Shown here: positions 42,796-54,804 of the stretch, piece after piece | Numbering within the stretch: the stretch's first letter is position 1 | Layout: each line of letters opens with the position of its first letter | Translations under genes and position numbers: made by a program | The notes under the pieces: model-generated | What the model was told of the DNA's origin: nothing | Databases searched by the model: none | The model's input: the letters and a program-made list of their open reading frames with translations, nothing else | NCBI RefSeq assembly: GCF_006345805.1 | Contig: NC_043009.1 | Location: 63,178,001-63,242,000 of the forward strand | DNA length: 64,000 bases | Direction: 5' to 3' | DNA from: Octopus sinensis | Taxonomy: Eukaryota

Positions 42796-43388
42796 CATGC
42801 ATATAAAGATATATACATACATATATATATATACATATATACATAATTACATATATATATATATATATATATATGCATATATATATATATGCATACATAT
42901 ATATATATACATGTATATATATACATACATACATATGTGTGTGTGTCTGTGTGTGGGTGTGTGGGTGGGTTTGTGAGCTAATGTATGTGTGAGTGTGTGT
43001 GTGCGTGCATGTCTACAGATCAGTAATCACAGTCATCGAGTATTTGAAGCGAAGAATCGAAGAGATTAAGAAAATGTGAACCGCAAAATCCTTTATAGAT
43101 TCGACTTTAGCAAATGAAAATTGATGTGGTATATGTATTGAGATGGCAGGGGACATTTTGCATCATATACTAAGTAGTGTTAATTGTTTATTAAAAAAGC
43201 ATACCCTTTTCTCGGCTTATTTGTTCATATTTGGATTAAAACGTATTCAAATACCATAGGGATCTTTCAATCTCTCTGTGAAGTAAGGATAGAGGTACGA
43301 GTAAAACACTCAGCCTCTTACAGTTATTCAGTTGATCAAATAATTGAGGGCCCATCGTCGAAACCGACAGAGATTCTATCATCATCTC

Positions 43389-43769
43389 TCTATATATAAA
43401 CGGCAGTTTGTCTGTGCGTGTTTCTGTGTGTCTGTTTGGTTGTACCCTCACCCTGACCACGGCTTTCAACCGATTCTGATGAAACTTAACACACACATAG
43501 CCCAATGTCATAATTCAAAACTAACGCAGCGAAAATTTTGAAAAGTTCCCCCAGTTCTGAAAAAATCGATAAATTCGACATGGAGTCGAGAATCAGAAAC
43601 ACAAACCACAGACTGTCTAGGGGACGCAACTCCACCTTTTTAACTCTCAAAAAAAAAATTTACCATCATTTTTTTCCAATTTTTTTGCTATATTTTGGCT
43701 ATAACTATCTAAAAATGCTTTATAGTTATTTCCTTAAAAAACCCGAACAACGCCGGGCGATACTGCTAG
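43389..43769 (+). mobile_element. Non-autonomous Helitron-like element (~380 bp)
   Basis: 5' TCTATATATAAAC...; 3' cccgaacaacgccggg hairpin + CTAG|T; the last ~60 bp match the 22274/22787 elements. Confidence 0.7.
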
Positions 43770-45530
43770 TTAAACATAAGAAAGAGTTAAGCACTTTCTG
43801 TCTTTCAATCTGGACTAGCCTTACAAAGATCATTTGACATGAGAAGCAGGATGTGACGTCGTTTCAAAAGCATTACGTATTCCCTGTCAAGAACACTTCC
43901 CTTCGAATTTTGCCGGGGTTGACCTTTCTTCACTTTTGCAGTCGATCAGGTCCCCACAAGGAATATCCTGAAGTTAAACTGGATTATTGATTTCTTCGCA
44001 CTCAACTTAGTCGAACTCAGTGGAAGTCACCACCAAAGAACAATAATGAATTCCTATTTTACCTCTGTTGTATACTTTTCCGCTCCTTTTGTCATTTGAC
44101 TTTCTCCTCTTCTTCCTCTTTCCTTGTCTTCCCCCTCATCTCCTATATCCGGTTTTCTCTCTGTCCACCCCCCTCTCTCTCTCTTTCCTTCTCTTTTTCA
44201 TATTCACATTGTTTGTACTAAACATACAAAGGCAGGAAGACAAACAAATATGTCTTTGCGTACGCAACCTCTCTATTCAAGTGCACAACTGTTTGTAATT
44301 TTAACTGCTGTCATCACTATAAAAGTTAACGGGTGAGCCATATTCAAGGAGAGGTTAAAATCCGCTGAAATTTTAGCTAAAACAGGATCTTTTCTGAATG
44401 TACTCGAAGTTACGAGTTATAATTTAATGCCATTCCAAGCAAGAATCCAATCCCATGACAATATACTAAATAGCATCAAAGGACTGTTTTCATAATAGTA
44501 AACTAGTTTTCATTGTTGTCTTTGAGTACCATTTGATATTAAGTGCCATTTCTTATTGGTGCCTATTTTCTCGAACAAAAACTCGGTTTTTCTTAATTAG
44601 GCATGTTTTAAATAGGTTTGCCTTTTAATATATCTTTATTGAAAAACCAGCACTGAGATATCATTAAGACTTGCTGGTGAATAATGTTTTTTTTTCTTAC
44701 GACACAGATAGAGGATTTCGTAAGAAAAAAAGAACAAAGACAAAAAAACCGAGTGTTTTAAATGAACTGAATTGACATATGCAGTCTCTATGCAGTCCCT
44801 CTAGCTGTCAAACCTCTCCAAGTAACATTTTACCATCTTAATGGTTTCAAATTTTGGTACAAGGCCAACACTTTCGAGGGAGGGTAAGTCGACTATATTG
44901 ACCCAAGTACGCAACTGGTACTTATTTTATCGTCTCCGAAAGGATGAAAGGCAAAGTCAACCTCGGCGGAGTTTAAACTCAGAACGTAAAGACGGACGAA
45001 ACACCGCGAAGTATTTTTCCCGGCATACTAACGTTTCTGCCAGCTCGTCGCCTTAACTCTACCATCTCAATGAAAGGAAGGTAAGATTGGATGATTCCAC
45101 TCCAGATACGCAATGCCTTGAAATGAGACTAAATGGTTTTGGATGGACAGGCTTTGATCTTAAATTTGCTCGATTGTAGTTCACTTTGGTTGCGCGAAGT
45201 TAAAATGCATCTTATTCTTTCAGAGGTGTAGTTGTGATTTAATCTGAGGCGTTTGTTGAATCTAAAACGATTGCCGCATGAAGGACACCTGTCAGCCATT
45301 CAAAAACACACAAACTCTGTTAACTTCACTTAAAGATTTATGTGTTAGGTGTCAAATGTTTCGTCGCGCGAGCTGCGACCTGATCACTGACAAGATGACA
45401 CTGCATCTCAGAGCAATCTTGTCAATGACCAGGTTGCAGTTCGTGCGACGAAGATTTTGATTGATTTTTCCATATGTTAACATGTATCTTTTCGCGACAA
45501 TGTAAACTGTCATTTAATCAAAATATCTTT

Positions 45531-45614
45531 GACCTGAAGAGTAGCCTGCGGTCTACACCTCGCTTGGATATCCACCACTTCTGAGGTTCTACTCGCTATG
45601 AAACATATGTAGCC
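45531..45614 (+). ncRNA. HHR-like motif with eroded stem I
   Basis: CTGAAGA GTAGC...GCTAT GAAAC ATAT GTA: core, stem II and palindromic loop III are present, but stem I pairing is poor. Confidence 0.45.
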
Positions 45615-45849
45615 CGGATCTTAGCTACTCAATTCCTGAACTCTTGTATTCTTATCCACACACCCGGCAGCCCTGGTCGCCTACTGGGAAATATATATAA
45701 AAAAAAAGCTTTTTTTAGTTTATCGTACTTCGATACGAAAAAATCCACAACCTTGCGTCTCAATAACCCGTTACTGTCCCTGAAAGTTGGTTTTTATATT
45801 CACTACTGATTGCTTGAAGCAAACTTTTTCCTACACCTCGAACCTTGGA

Positions 45850-45935
<86 letters not shown>

Positions 45936-46088
45936 CGAGAAGTTGAGGTTATAAGAGATAATGGTGTCATTGAGACCCAAAGGTGTCAGGTAATGCTGAA
46001 TAAGTGCTATTGGCAGACCATAGTTAAGTTCCAGATTCGGTAATATTGCGAATAAAGGGTTCAACGTTTGTTCTATGTCAGCGTGTGT

Positions 46089-46473
46089 ATATAAGAATTT
46101 TTTGCGTAATGAGATAAAAAACCAAGGCTGTATAGATATTAGAGCATTTATAGATACAAGATCTTACAGCTGTTTCTAGGATATTTATTAATTATATCCC
46201 TTCATCGGAGACGGTGTGAGAGGAAGGTTAAGTCATAGTTTAGATGTGATACAAAATAGAGAGTGAGGTGGAGGAAAGAAAATAGATGTAAGATATGTAT
46301 GAATATTGAAGTTGTAACTCTATTTTATAGGCATAATGGTATATATGCAATATTCCAATATCCTATGAGTAAAGTCCAAAAGTCCAACAGAGTTTAAAAT
46401 GAGTCCTTCCAAATATATAGTTTATATCTATATAGCCTTGGTTTTTTTATCTTATTGCGCAAAAAATTCTTAT
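46089..46473. repeat. ~50-bp inverted repeats bracketing an HHR-bearing segment
   Basis: 46089-46139 vs 46424-46473. Confidence 0.75.
46161..46212 (-). ncRNA. Minimal HHR with U4->C core change
   Basis: Minus strand reads GTCT CCGATGA A GGGATAT-loop-ATATCCT A GAAAC AGCT GTA AGAT; palindromic AGCT loop III. Confidence 0.6.
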
Positions 46474-46693
46474 ATATATATACATATATTTTCTTAAAGT
46501 AGTGGAAATGGCTAAAAAACTTTTTGGCTGCTATTTCTAGAAAGTTCAATATGTGGCAAAGTAATTTATTTTACTAAGCCCTAATTATATAATGTAATAT
46601 TTTGAATACGCCTTAAATGGTCCTTTTACATACTGAACACTACTTGGTGAAATTGATTAATAACTAATTAATTTTACCCTCAATTATTGATAT

Positions 46694-46785
<92 letters not shown>

Positions 46786-46935
46786 TACATATATACATAT
46801 ATATATATATATCAACAATCAAGGAACGGCCATAATAGGCCATTCACCCACTAGAAATAACAGCCAAAGCTTCAACCGCAAATAAAAATCAATCCGTAAA
46901 CCAGGAGAAAATTTAAAAAAACATTTACCCTGTAA

Positions 46936-47034
46936 TTTCTTATACACCGTTTCATCTGCTGTTTAATGGTAAACTAACCTGATTAAATTAAATCAAGCCA
47001 ATCTTCCATAGCCCTCAGATTCTTCAGTAAGAAA
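46936..47034 (-). ncRNA. Type I hammerhead ribozyme (array unit 1), 5-nt deletion in stem/loop III
   Basis: Reads GAAACGGTGTATAAGAAA; gatgc is missing on the + strand relative to the other copies. Confidence 0.65.
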
Positions 47035-47414
47035 TAGCCAAGTCGGAACAGATATTTTCACGAGGCATTTCCGACCCTGCCAAGGCAATATCTGACCTAA
47101 AATTTTCAAATCATCGCACTCGCGCCAAATTTATCGGCAGCAAATAAATATAAGCCGTCGATTCCATTACGGAATTAACCAGAAAATTCATATTAATCAA
47201 TATAGGGTGGCAAATAATTTTGTAGAATTTTTTGCCACCAGCGGCCTAGTGGGAAAAATTAAATAGTCATAGACCATTTTTAAGTTCAACATCAACAATC
47301 AAGGAACGGCCATAATAGGCCATTCACCCACTAGAAATAACAGCCAAAGCTTCAACCGCAAATAAAAATCAATTCCGTAAACCAGGAGAAAATTAAAAAA
47401 CATTTACCCTGTAA

Positions 47415-47518
47415 TTTCTTTACGATGCACCGTTTCATCTGCTGTTTAATGGTAAACTAACCTGATTAAATTAAATCAAGCCAATCTTCCATAGGCCCTC
47501 AGATTCTTCAGTAAGAAA
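47415..47518 (-). ncRNA. Type I hammerhead ribozyme (array unit 2), 1-nt deletion in stem I
   Basis: Reads GAAACGGTGCATCGTA-AAGAAA; the T after the cleavage triplet is missing. Confidence 0.7.
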
Positions 47519-47900
47519 TAGCCAAGTCGGAACAGATATTTTCACGAGGCATTTCCGACCCTGCCAAGGCAATATCTGACCTAAAATTTTCAAATCATCG
47601 CACTCGCGCCAAATTATCGGCAGCAAATAAATATAAGCCGTCGATTCCATTACGGAATTAACCAGAAAATTCATAATTAATCATATAGGGTGGCAAATAA
47701 TTTTGTAGAATTTTTTTGCCACCAGCGGCCTAGTGGGAAAAAATTAAATAGTCATAGACCATTTTTAAGTTCAACATCAACAATCAAGGAACGGCCATAA
47801 TAGGCCATTCACCCACTAGAAATAACAGCCAAGCTTCAACCGCAAATAAAAATCAATTCCGTAAACCAGGAGAAAATTAAAAAAACATTTACCCTGTAAT

Positions 47901-48004
47901 TTCTTATACGATGCACCGTTTCATCTGCTGTTTAATGGTAAACTAACCTGATTAAATTAAATCAAGCCAATCTTCCATAGGCCCTCAGATTCTTCAGTAA
48001 GAAA
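47901..48004 (-). ncRNA. Type I hammerhead ribozyme, intact copy (array unit 3)
   Basis: Reverse complement of the 48783-48886 motif with all core nucleotides and stems retained. Confidence 0.85.
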
Positions 48005-48781
48005 TAGCCAAGTCGGAACAGATATTTTCACGAGGCATTTCCGACCTGCCAAGGCAATATCTGACCTAAAATTTTCAAATCATCGCACTCGCGCCAAATT
48101 TATCGGCAGCAAATAAATATAAGCCGTCGATTCCATTACGGAATTAACCAGAAAATTCATAATTAATCAATATAGGGTGGCAAATAATTTTGTAGAATTT
48201 TTTTGCCACCAGCGGCCTAGTGGAAAAAATTAAATAGTCATAGACCATTTTTAAGTTCAACATCAACAATCAAGGAACGGCCATAATAGGCCATTCACCC
48301 ACTAGAAATAACAGCCAAAGCTTCAACCGCAAATAAAAATCAATTCCGTAAACCAGGAGAAAATTTAAAAAACATTTACCTGTAATTACAGGGTAAATGT
48401 TTTTTAATTTTTAAATTTTTTAAATTTTCTCCTGGTTTACGGAATTGATTTTTATTTGCGGTTGAAGCTTTGGCTGTTATTTCTAGTGGGTGAATGGCCT
48501 ATTATGGCCGTTCCTTGATTGTTGATGTTGAACTTAAAAATGGTCTATGACTATTTAATTTTTTCCCACTAGGCCGCTGGTGGCAAAAAAATTCTACAAA
48601 TTTTTTGCACCCTATGTTGATTAATTATGAATTTTTTGGTTAATTCCGTAATGGAATCGACGGCTTATATTATTTGCTGCCGATAAATTTGGCGCGAGTG
48701 CGATGATTTGAAAATTTTAGGTCAGATATTGCCTTGGCAGGGTCGGAAATGCCTCGTGAAAATATCTGTTCCGACTTGGCT

Positions 48782-48887
48782 ATTTCTTACTGAAGAATCT
48801 GAGGGCCTATGGAAGATTGGCTTGATTTAATTTAATCAGGTTAGTTACCATTAAACAGCAGATGAAACGGTGCATCGTATAAGAAAT
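48782..48887 (+). ncRNA. Type I hammerhead ribozyme, intact core
   Basis: Stem I ATTTCTTA/TAAGAAAT; CTGAAGA 48790-48796; stem II ATCTG/CAGAT with a long insert; GAAAC 48864-48868; stem III CG/CG capped by GTGCAT; cleavage triplet GTA 48877-48879. Confidence 0.85.
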
Positions 48888-50130
48888 TACAGGGTAAATG
48901 TTTTTTAAATTTTCTCCTGGTTTACGGAATTGATTTTTATTTGCGGTTGAAGCTTTGGCTGTTATTTCTAGTGGGTGAATGGCCTATTATGGCCGTTCCT
49001 TGATTGTTGATGTTGAACTTAAAAATGGTCTATGACTATTAATTTTTTCCACTAGGCCGCTGGTGGCAAAAAAATTCTACAATTATTTGCCACCCTATAT
49101 TGATTAATAAATATATATATGTATATATATACACACACACAATATATGTATATATATATATATATATATATAGATTATATATATATATATATACATATAT
49201 ATATACATATATATGTGTGGGTGTGTATATATACATATATATATATACATATATATATATATACATACATATATATGTGTATATGTACACGCATACTCAC
49301 ACTTACACACACACACACACACAAACACTTGCACACACACACACATACGCGGCAGCTATGGATAAAATTGCGGAGTCGTGAGCATATCCACGTAGTACAC
49401 CAAGAACTAGTTAATAACCTCTGGTATATGAGATCATATCGGTAAACACGTTTCACTCTCACCTGAATAGACAGCTTAACGTTGCTGCAACTTCGATACA
49501 CACGCACACACACGTACACACACACACGTACACACACACACGTACACACACACACGTATACACATACACAAAGATAAAAGGTCACGTTTGATAAAAATTC
49601 ACACCCCCAAGCTAATGCTAGACCCATCAATCAACTTCAAAACCACACTGCTTTATTCATAAAAGCTACTTGAAGGACTTATGTTTTAGCTTCGGCTGCA
49701 GACGATATATAAGTTATCTCGTCATTCTGATATATTTCTAGAAAACTATTTGACGTCAGTCAATAAATGATACGGAGAAAAGCTTCATTTATCTTTTCAA
49801 TTTCTTTTTCTTTTCTTTTTTCTTTTTTCATACTTCATATCCTGCATGTAGTGAACGAAAAGTTAACATCGTTGGTTATAGTTTTTCAGCAGAACAATCA
49901 CTGGCTCATCGCATTTCTATGGTGAAAGCGGAAAGCTGTGTCTGTGTTGTTCAGGTGGAATATATTCCAGAAAATATCAATATATTCAGAAGAAAGCTTC
50001 CAGATCAATAACATCAATCATCTGTAGATTGGCGACGGATATATATATATAATAAATATTAGGGAATAAATCCAAATTTACAGGGAAAAATCAGATTTAG
50101 GATTGAATTCAATTTTATAGTAAAATATAA

Positions 50131-50354
50131 TATAATATTAATTAGAGACAAAACCACTATTATGCAAATCAAACAAAGAAAGACTTAATCCAATACATAA
50201 AAATTTTTATATAAATTAAATATAATTAAGATAATTAAGATATAATTAAGATAATTAATTATATTTAATTTATATAAATTTTTTTATGTATTGGATTAAG
50301 TCTTTCTTTGTTTGATTTGCACACAATAGTGGTTTTGTCTCTAATTAATATTAT
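50131..50354. repeat. ~99-bp-arm inverted repeat (hairpin)
   Basis: 50131-50229 is the near-perfect reverse complement of 50255-50354. Confidence 0.85.
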
Positions 50355-50381
50355 ATATATATATATATAATATATATATAT

Positions 50382-50653
50382 TGGTATTCCTTCGATAAAC
50401 TCGACAAATTCAAAACACTTCACTTCGGGATATTTCCGTGGAAGCAAATGACAGTTCGATTCTGTTTTCTGCTTGGAAATTTGCGGATTTTACCTACACA
50501 CATGAAAGAGGTAAGAACAAATATGCAAGGCTTTTTTTCTTCTTCAAGTTTAAAATGAGACATTGCTGGCATAATTTCGTTATATCTATACTCCACAACC
50601 CACGGAAATACCCGAAGTGAAATGTTTTGATTTTGTCGAGTTATATCGAAAGA

Positions 50654-50659
<6 letters not shown>
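50382..50659. mobile_element. MITE with ~60-bp TIRs inserted in (TA)n
   Basis: 50382-50441 is the imperfect reverse complement of 50600-50659. Confidence 0.75.
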
Positions 50660-50740
<81 letters not shown>

Positions 50741-50816
50741 ATATATAGAACCTGGTATATATGTATATAGAATCTGGTATCTTCGTGTATGGAAGAAAAA
50801 CGCTGTGGTTTCTAAG

Positions 50817-51600
50817 TTGTTTATTTAGGGAGCACACTTAAACATCAATGAATCTTGATGATGAAGTTTCTCTGCGCATTCAGAAAGCAAGTCCTGATTT
50901 TGGCAAACTGGAAGACCGCCTATGGTCTAGACATGGTATTTCCACTGCGACAAAGATTAACGTATACAATACATGTATATTAACCTCTTTACTGTGTGCT
51001 TGCGAAACCTGGACTGTGTATCGTAAGCGCTTAGAACTTATGGAACGTTTTGATCAACAATGTCTCAGAAGGATTTTGAGGATCAGCTGGAAAATGTTTT
51101 TGAGCGACGATGAGGTGCTTGAAAAAAGGAAATGCTTCAGTATTGAAGCTTTGCTATTGCAGTACAGATTGAGATGGAGTGGACACTTAGTCAGAATGAC
51201 AGACAACTGAATGCATAAACAACTTTTTTTTTACGGAGAATTAGTGACAGGTAAGCGTTCGTTTCACAAACCAAAGCTGATGTACAAAGATTGTCTGAAG
51301 TCGGGATTGAATAAGATAAATGTTCCAATTGACAACTGGGAAGATTTAGCGCATTGTCGAGAAAATGGAAAAAAGTTGTGTATGAAGGCAAAAATGAATT
51401 TTGAAAGGAAGAGAATGGAGCATGCAAAGATCAAAAGAAAGATGAGAAAAAGTGACAGGAATGGTGTTATAACAAGAATTCATGAACTTGATGATCTTAT
51501 ATGGGATGAATGTGGAAAGATTTGTCTTAGTAAGGCTGGACTAAAGAGCCGTATGAAATCACACATTGCACAACCATACATTGACTGTAGATGGACAAAT
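50817..51600 (+). mobile_element. RTE-clade LINE 3' fragment (RT thumb region and C-terminal zinc-finger remnant)
   Basis: YLGSTL, DDEVSLRIQKAS.DFGKL..RLW, CETWTVY, LRWSGHLVRM, GELVTGKRS..KPKL.YKDCLK, ECGKICLSKAGLKS; in-frame stop at 51208-51210. Confidence 0.85.
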
Positions 51601-51898
51601 GATTTCCAATGCATACTCTATCATAAAGTATGTTTCAACGTAGAAAATCTCTCACATGACGGCGCAGATAATCAGAAACGATTTTAGACCCAGTGAAACA
51701 GTCGACAGAGATTCCCAGGAGTCCCAGTCAACTCTGAATGTCAAAAACGTCTTAAGTTGTCCTATATTTGACTTCTCGATCAATCTCTTCTGCTTTTTAG
51801 ATGCATTCTCACCTTTATTAAAATATCAATCAATTAACTCCCTTCATAGAGAGTTGTCACTGCTGGATTGGACGCCTTTACCCTTAACTAATGGAGAA

Positions 51899-52176
51899 GG
51901 TCTTAACCAGATCAAGCCGAAACTGTCGCTAGAAGCTATGATCACCAAGCATAGATTGACTTATTTTGGTCATATGCGGAGAAAATCCCTGGAGAAGGAC
52001 ATCATTCTCAGAATGGTCAGTGGCAAGAGAGGAAGAGGCCGACCAAAATCCCGCTGGCTTGACACCATCAAGTGACACGGGAATGGCCATAGCCAATCTG
52101 AGAGAAGCGACCCAGGATCGAACTGGCTGGAGGACACTGATCCATCAAGTAACCGAGAGTCGACTTTAACTGAGCG
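51899..52176 (+). mobile_element. Second RTE-type LINE 3' end followed by (GATA)n
   Basis: SLEAMITKHRLTYFGHM, SLEKDIIL..VSGKRGRGRPKSRWLDTIK, QDRTGWR; frameshifted. Confidence 0.8.
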
Positions 52177-52266
<90 letters not shown>

Positions 52267-52716
52267 CAGAACTTTTCAGTGGAAAATAATGAGACTCTGC
52301 GCTTGAACAACTTCAAACATGGCTGCTACTTCGTTTTTATCTAATCTGAACTTCAGGACAAAAGGGATCAATGTACTCAACCATTGTTTTCTTCTTATTA
52401 AATGCGTCCAGCATCACATGCTTGTTCAGCCTGCATCCTATCCTTGAACATGACTCTCCCCTCTTACCGTAATTCTATATTTATTTGATTTTAAAAGTTT
52501 GTTTAATTGAATGACCCATTTAGTAACTCGCTCCTCGGGCAGAAAATAACTTGGCTCCACTGACTTTCTTGTTAACTTACAGGCAGCCAATCCCTTAGTT
52601 TGCCTGTTCTACTGTATAAGATTAACTTCCTGTTGTACCAGAAATACAAGGAGAACAGAAAAGTGAAATATCAAGCAGCAGATAAAAGACATTGTGCTGT
52701 CCCTCTTGAGTCTATA

Positions 52717-52769
<53 letters not shown>

Positions 52770-52937
52770 TGTGTGGTGTGTGTGTGTGTGTGTGACAAAG
52801 GGCTCCATTCGCCGTCAGTGAAATTTCATCCTTTACGAGTGCTGCTAAACTTTAAGAACGATTGAGAGTTTCAGTTTAGTAAACTTAAAATGGTTCTAAT
52901 ATAATTCAAACGTGGACGCATACATTTGTCTGTTTAT

Positions 52938-52983
<46 letters not shown>

Positions 52984-53825
52984 GAATGTGCGTGTGTGTA
53001 TGTGAATATATATTCATACATACAAACAAACACACACACACACACATACACACACACGCTCACACGCACACACGCACACACACAAAATTGTAGATAGATT
53101 ATACATGAACTTAGACAATACAACATCCATTCATCTTTTTCTAAGCGAGACATTTCACCCCTAAAAGTGCGGAACAACTCAACGACTGACGTCACTTTAT
53201 TAAGAAGCAAGAAGAATGGACTCAAAACAAGCAACACAAAGGAAACATCAAATATGTGTACGTGTGAATGTGTGTTTGCATATAGACATAAATAAGAATT
53301 ACGAGAATCTAATGAAACATTTAAAACGCTTCCATTAAGCAAAACTGAAGTGGCATTTTCTCCGGAAAATAAAGATAAAAAGGAAATAGAAAAGCGAAAA
53401 GAAATGAAGAGAAGACACAAAAGAAAAGTTGTTTTATATAGAAAAAAAGAAATGATTTGTAGACATTAACAAAACGTCCTTTCATTTGGCAGTAATCGCA
53501 AACTGCATTCATTCAGAGCAATGCTTTTTCTCATCGTAAACTTAACCACGCAAGAGCAGTCATTCCTCGTCCTAAACAGTTCTTGCTATTTCATTCATTA
53601 CTATCGGACAATGAAACAGCAAAATACAAAGAAAGGTTCAGCTTCAGCATTTTTCCACACCAGATCCGCAGGACATCTCTGCCGAAACACTGTACAAGGT
53701 CTGTGCAGTCCTTTTTGTTGTGGTTTGGTTCTCAACCGTTTTAATAAAATCCGGGCCAGATCTAAAGCCTGGGATTTTTAGGGGCCTGAACCATACAAAA
53801 GTAAAATACAAAGAAACAATTATTA

Positions 53826-53972
53826 CAGGAGTGGCTGTGTGGTAAGTAGCTTGCTTACCAACCACATGGTTCCGGGTTGAGTCCCACTATAGCCTCGGAC
53901 CGACCAATGCCTTGTGAGTGGATTTGGTAGACGGAAACTGAAAGAAGCTCGTCGTATATATGTATATATATA

Positions 53973-54012
<40 letters not shown>

Positions 54013-54205
54013 TGTCATCCCAACATCGCTTGACAACCGATGCTGGTGTGTTTACGTCCCCGTAACTTAGCGGTTCGGCAAAAGAGACCGATAGAATAAC
54101 TACTAGGCTTACAAAGAATAACTCCTGGGGTTGATTTGCTCGACTAAAGGCGGTGCTCCAGCATGGCCGCAGTCAAATGACTGAAACAAATAAAAGAGTA
54201 AAAGA
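53826..54205 (+). mobile_element. SINE family A (tRNA-like head, internal (TA)n(TG)n, taaaagag tail), full-length copy
   Basis: A-box gtggctgtgtggtaag and B-box-like ggttgagtccc. Other copies at ~1660-2103(-), 2823-3225(-), 4196-4340(+), 19627-20548(+, split), 20810-21140(-), 32994-33363(+), 38762-39135(+), 39703-40115(-). Confidence 0.9.
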
Positions 54206-54526
54206 TTAGAACTTAACTGCAGCTTTTGGTGGTCCAAATCGAATCTGCACTCTATGTGGGTATCTTTTCAATACATTGTCTGGTTTAAAAAGCCACATCA
54301 CACGCCATGATGGATCTAAAGTTTAGGTATAGGCGATCAGACTCTGAATAAAGAGTAGACAACCACCATGCATGTATGTATGTATGTATGCTTCTATGTG
54401 TGTGTATGTATGTATTCTATGTATGTACGTAAGTATGTATGTATGTATGCTTGTGTGTGTGTGTATGTATGTATGTGTATGTATGTCTATATGTGTGTGT
54501 ATGTATGTTTATGTATGTATTGTATG

Positions 54527-54564
<38 letters not shown>

Positions 54565-54734
54565 CATAAATATAAATATATCTATATATGCATATACTTT
54601 AAAATAGTGTACATTTAAACACACAAAGAAAACTACCCTTTAACAGGTAATTTTTACATGCTATAAATAGCAGCCAACACGGCCAAAACCACAATTTAAT
54701 AGCAATATGTATATATGTATGTATATATATATAT

Positions 54735-54804
<70 letters not shown>

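Larger units (their letters stand above)
46811..49108. mobile_element. Hammerhead-ribozyme-containing ~485-nt tandem array with head-to-head inversion (non-LTR retrozyme-like)
   Basis: Unit starts (atcaacaatcaaggaacggcc) at 46811, 47291, 47776 and 48262. Palindromic centre tgtaa|ttaca at 48385/48386, followed by ~1.5 inverted units to 49108. Each complete unit contains an HHR. Both outer ends abut (TA)n. Confidence 0.85.

Noticed and set aside
47471-47674. 67-aa minus-strand ORF within the array unit
   Set aside because: The frame is broken by indels in sister units; no recognisable motif. The unit is better explained as structured RNA.
46811-49108. CRISPR-like or satellite interpretation of the array
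   Set aside because: No unique spacers and eukaryotic context; the per-unit ribozyme argues against a plain satellite.
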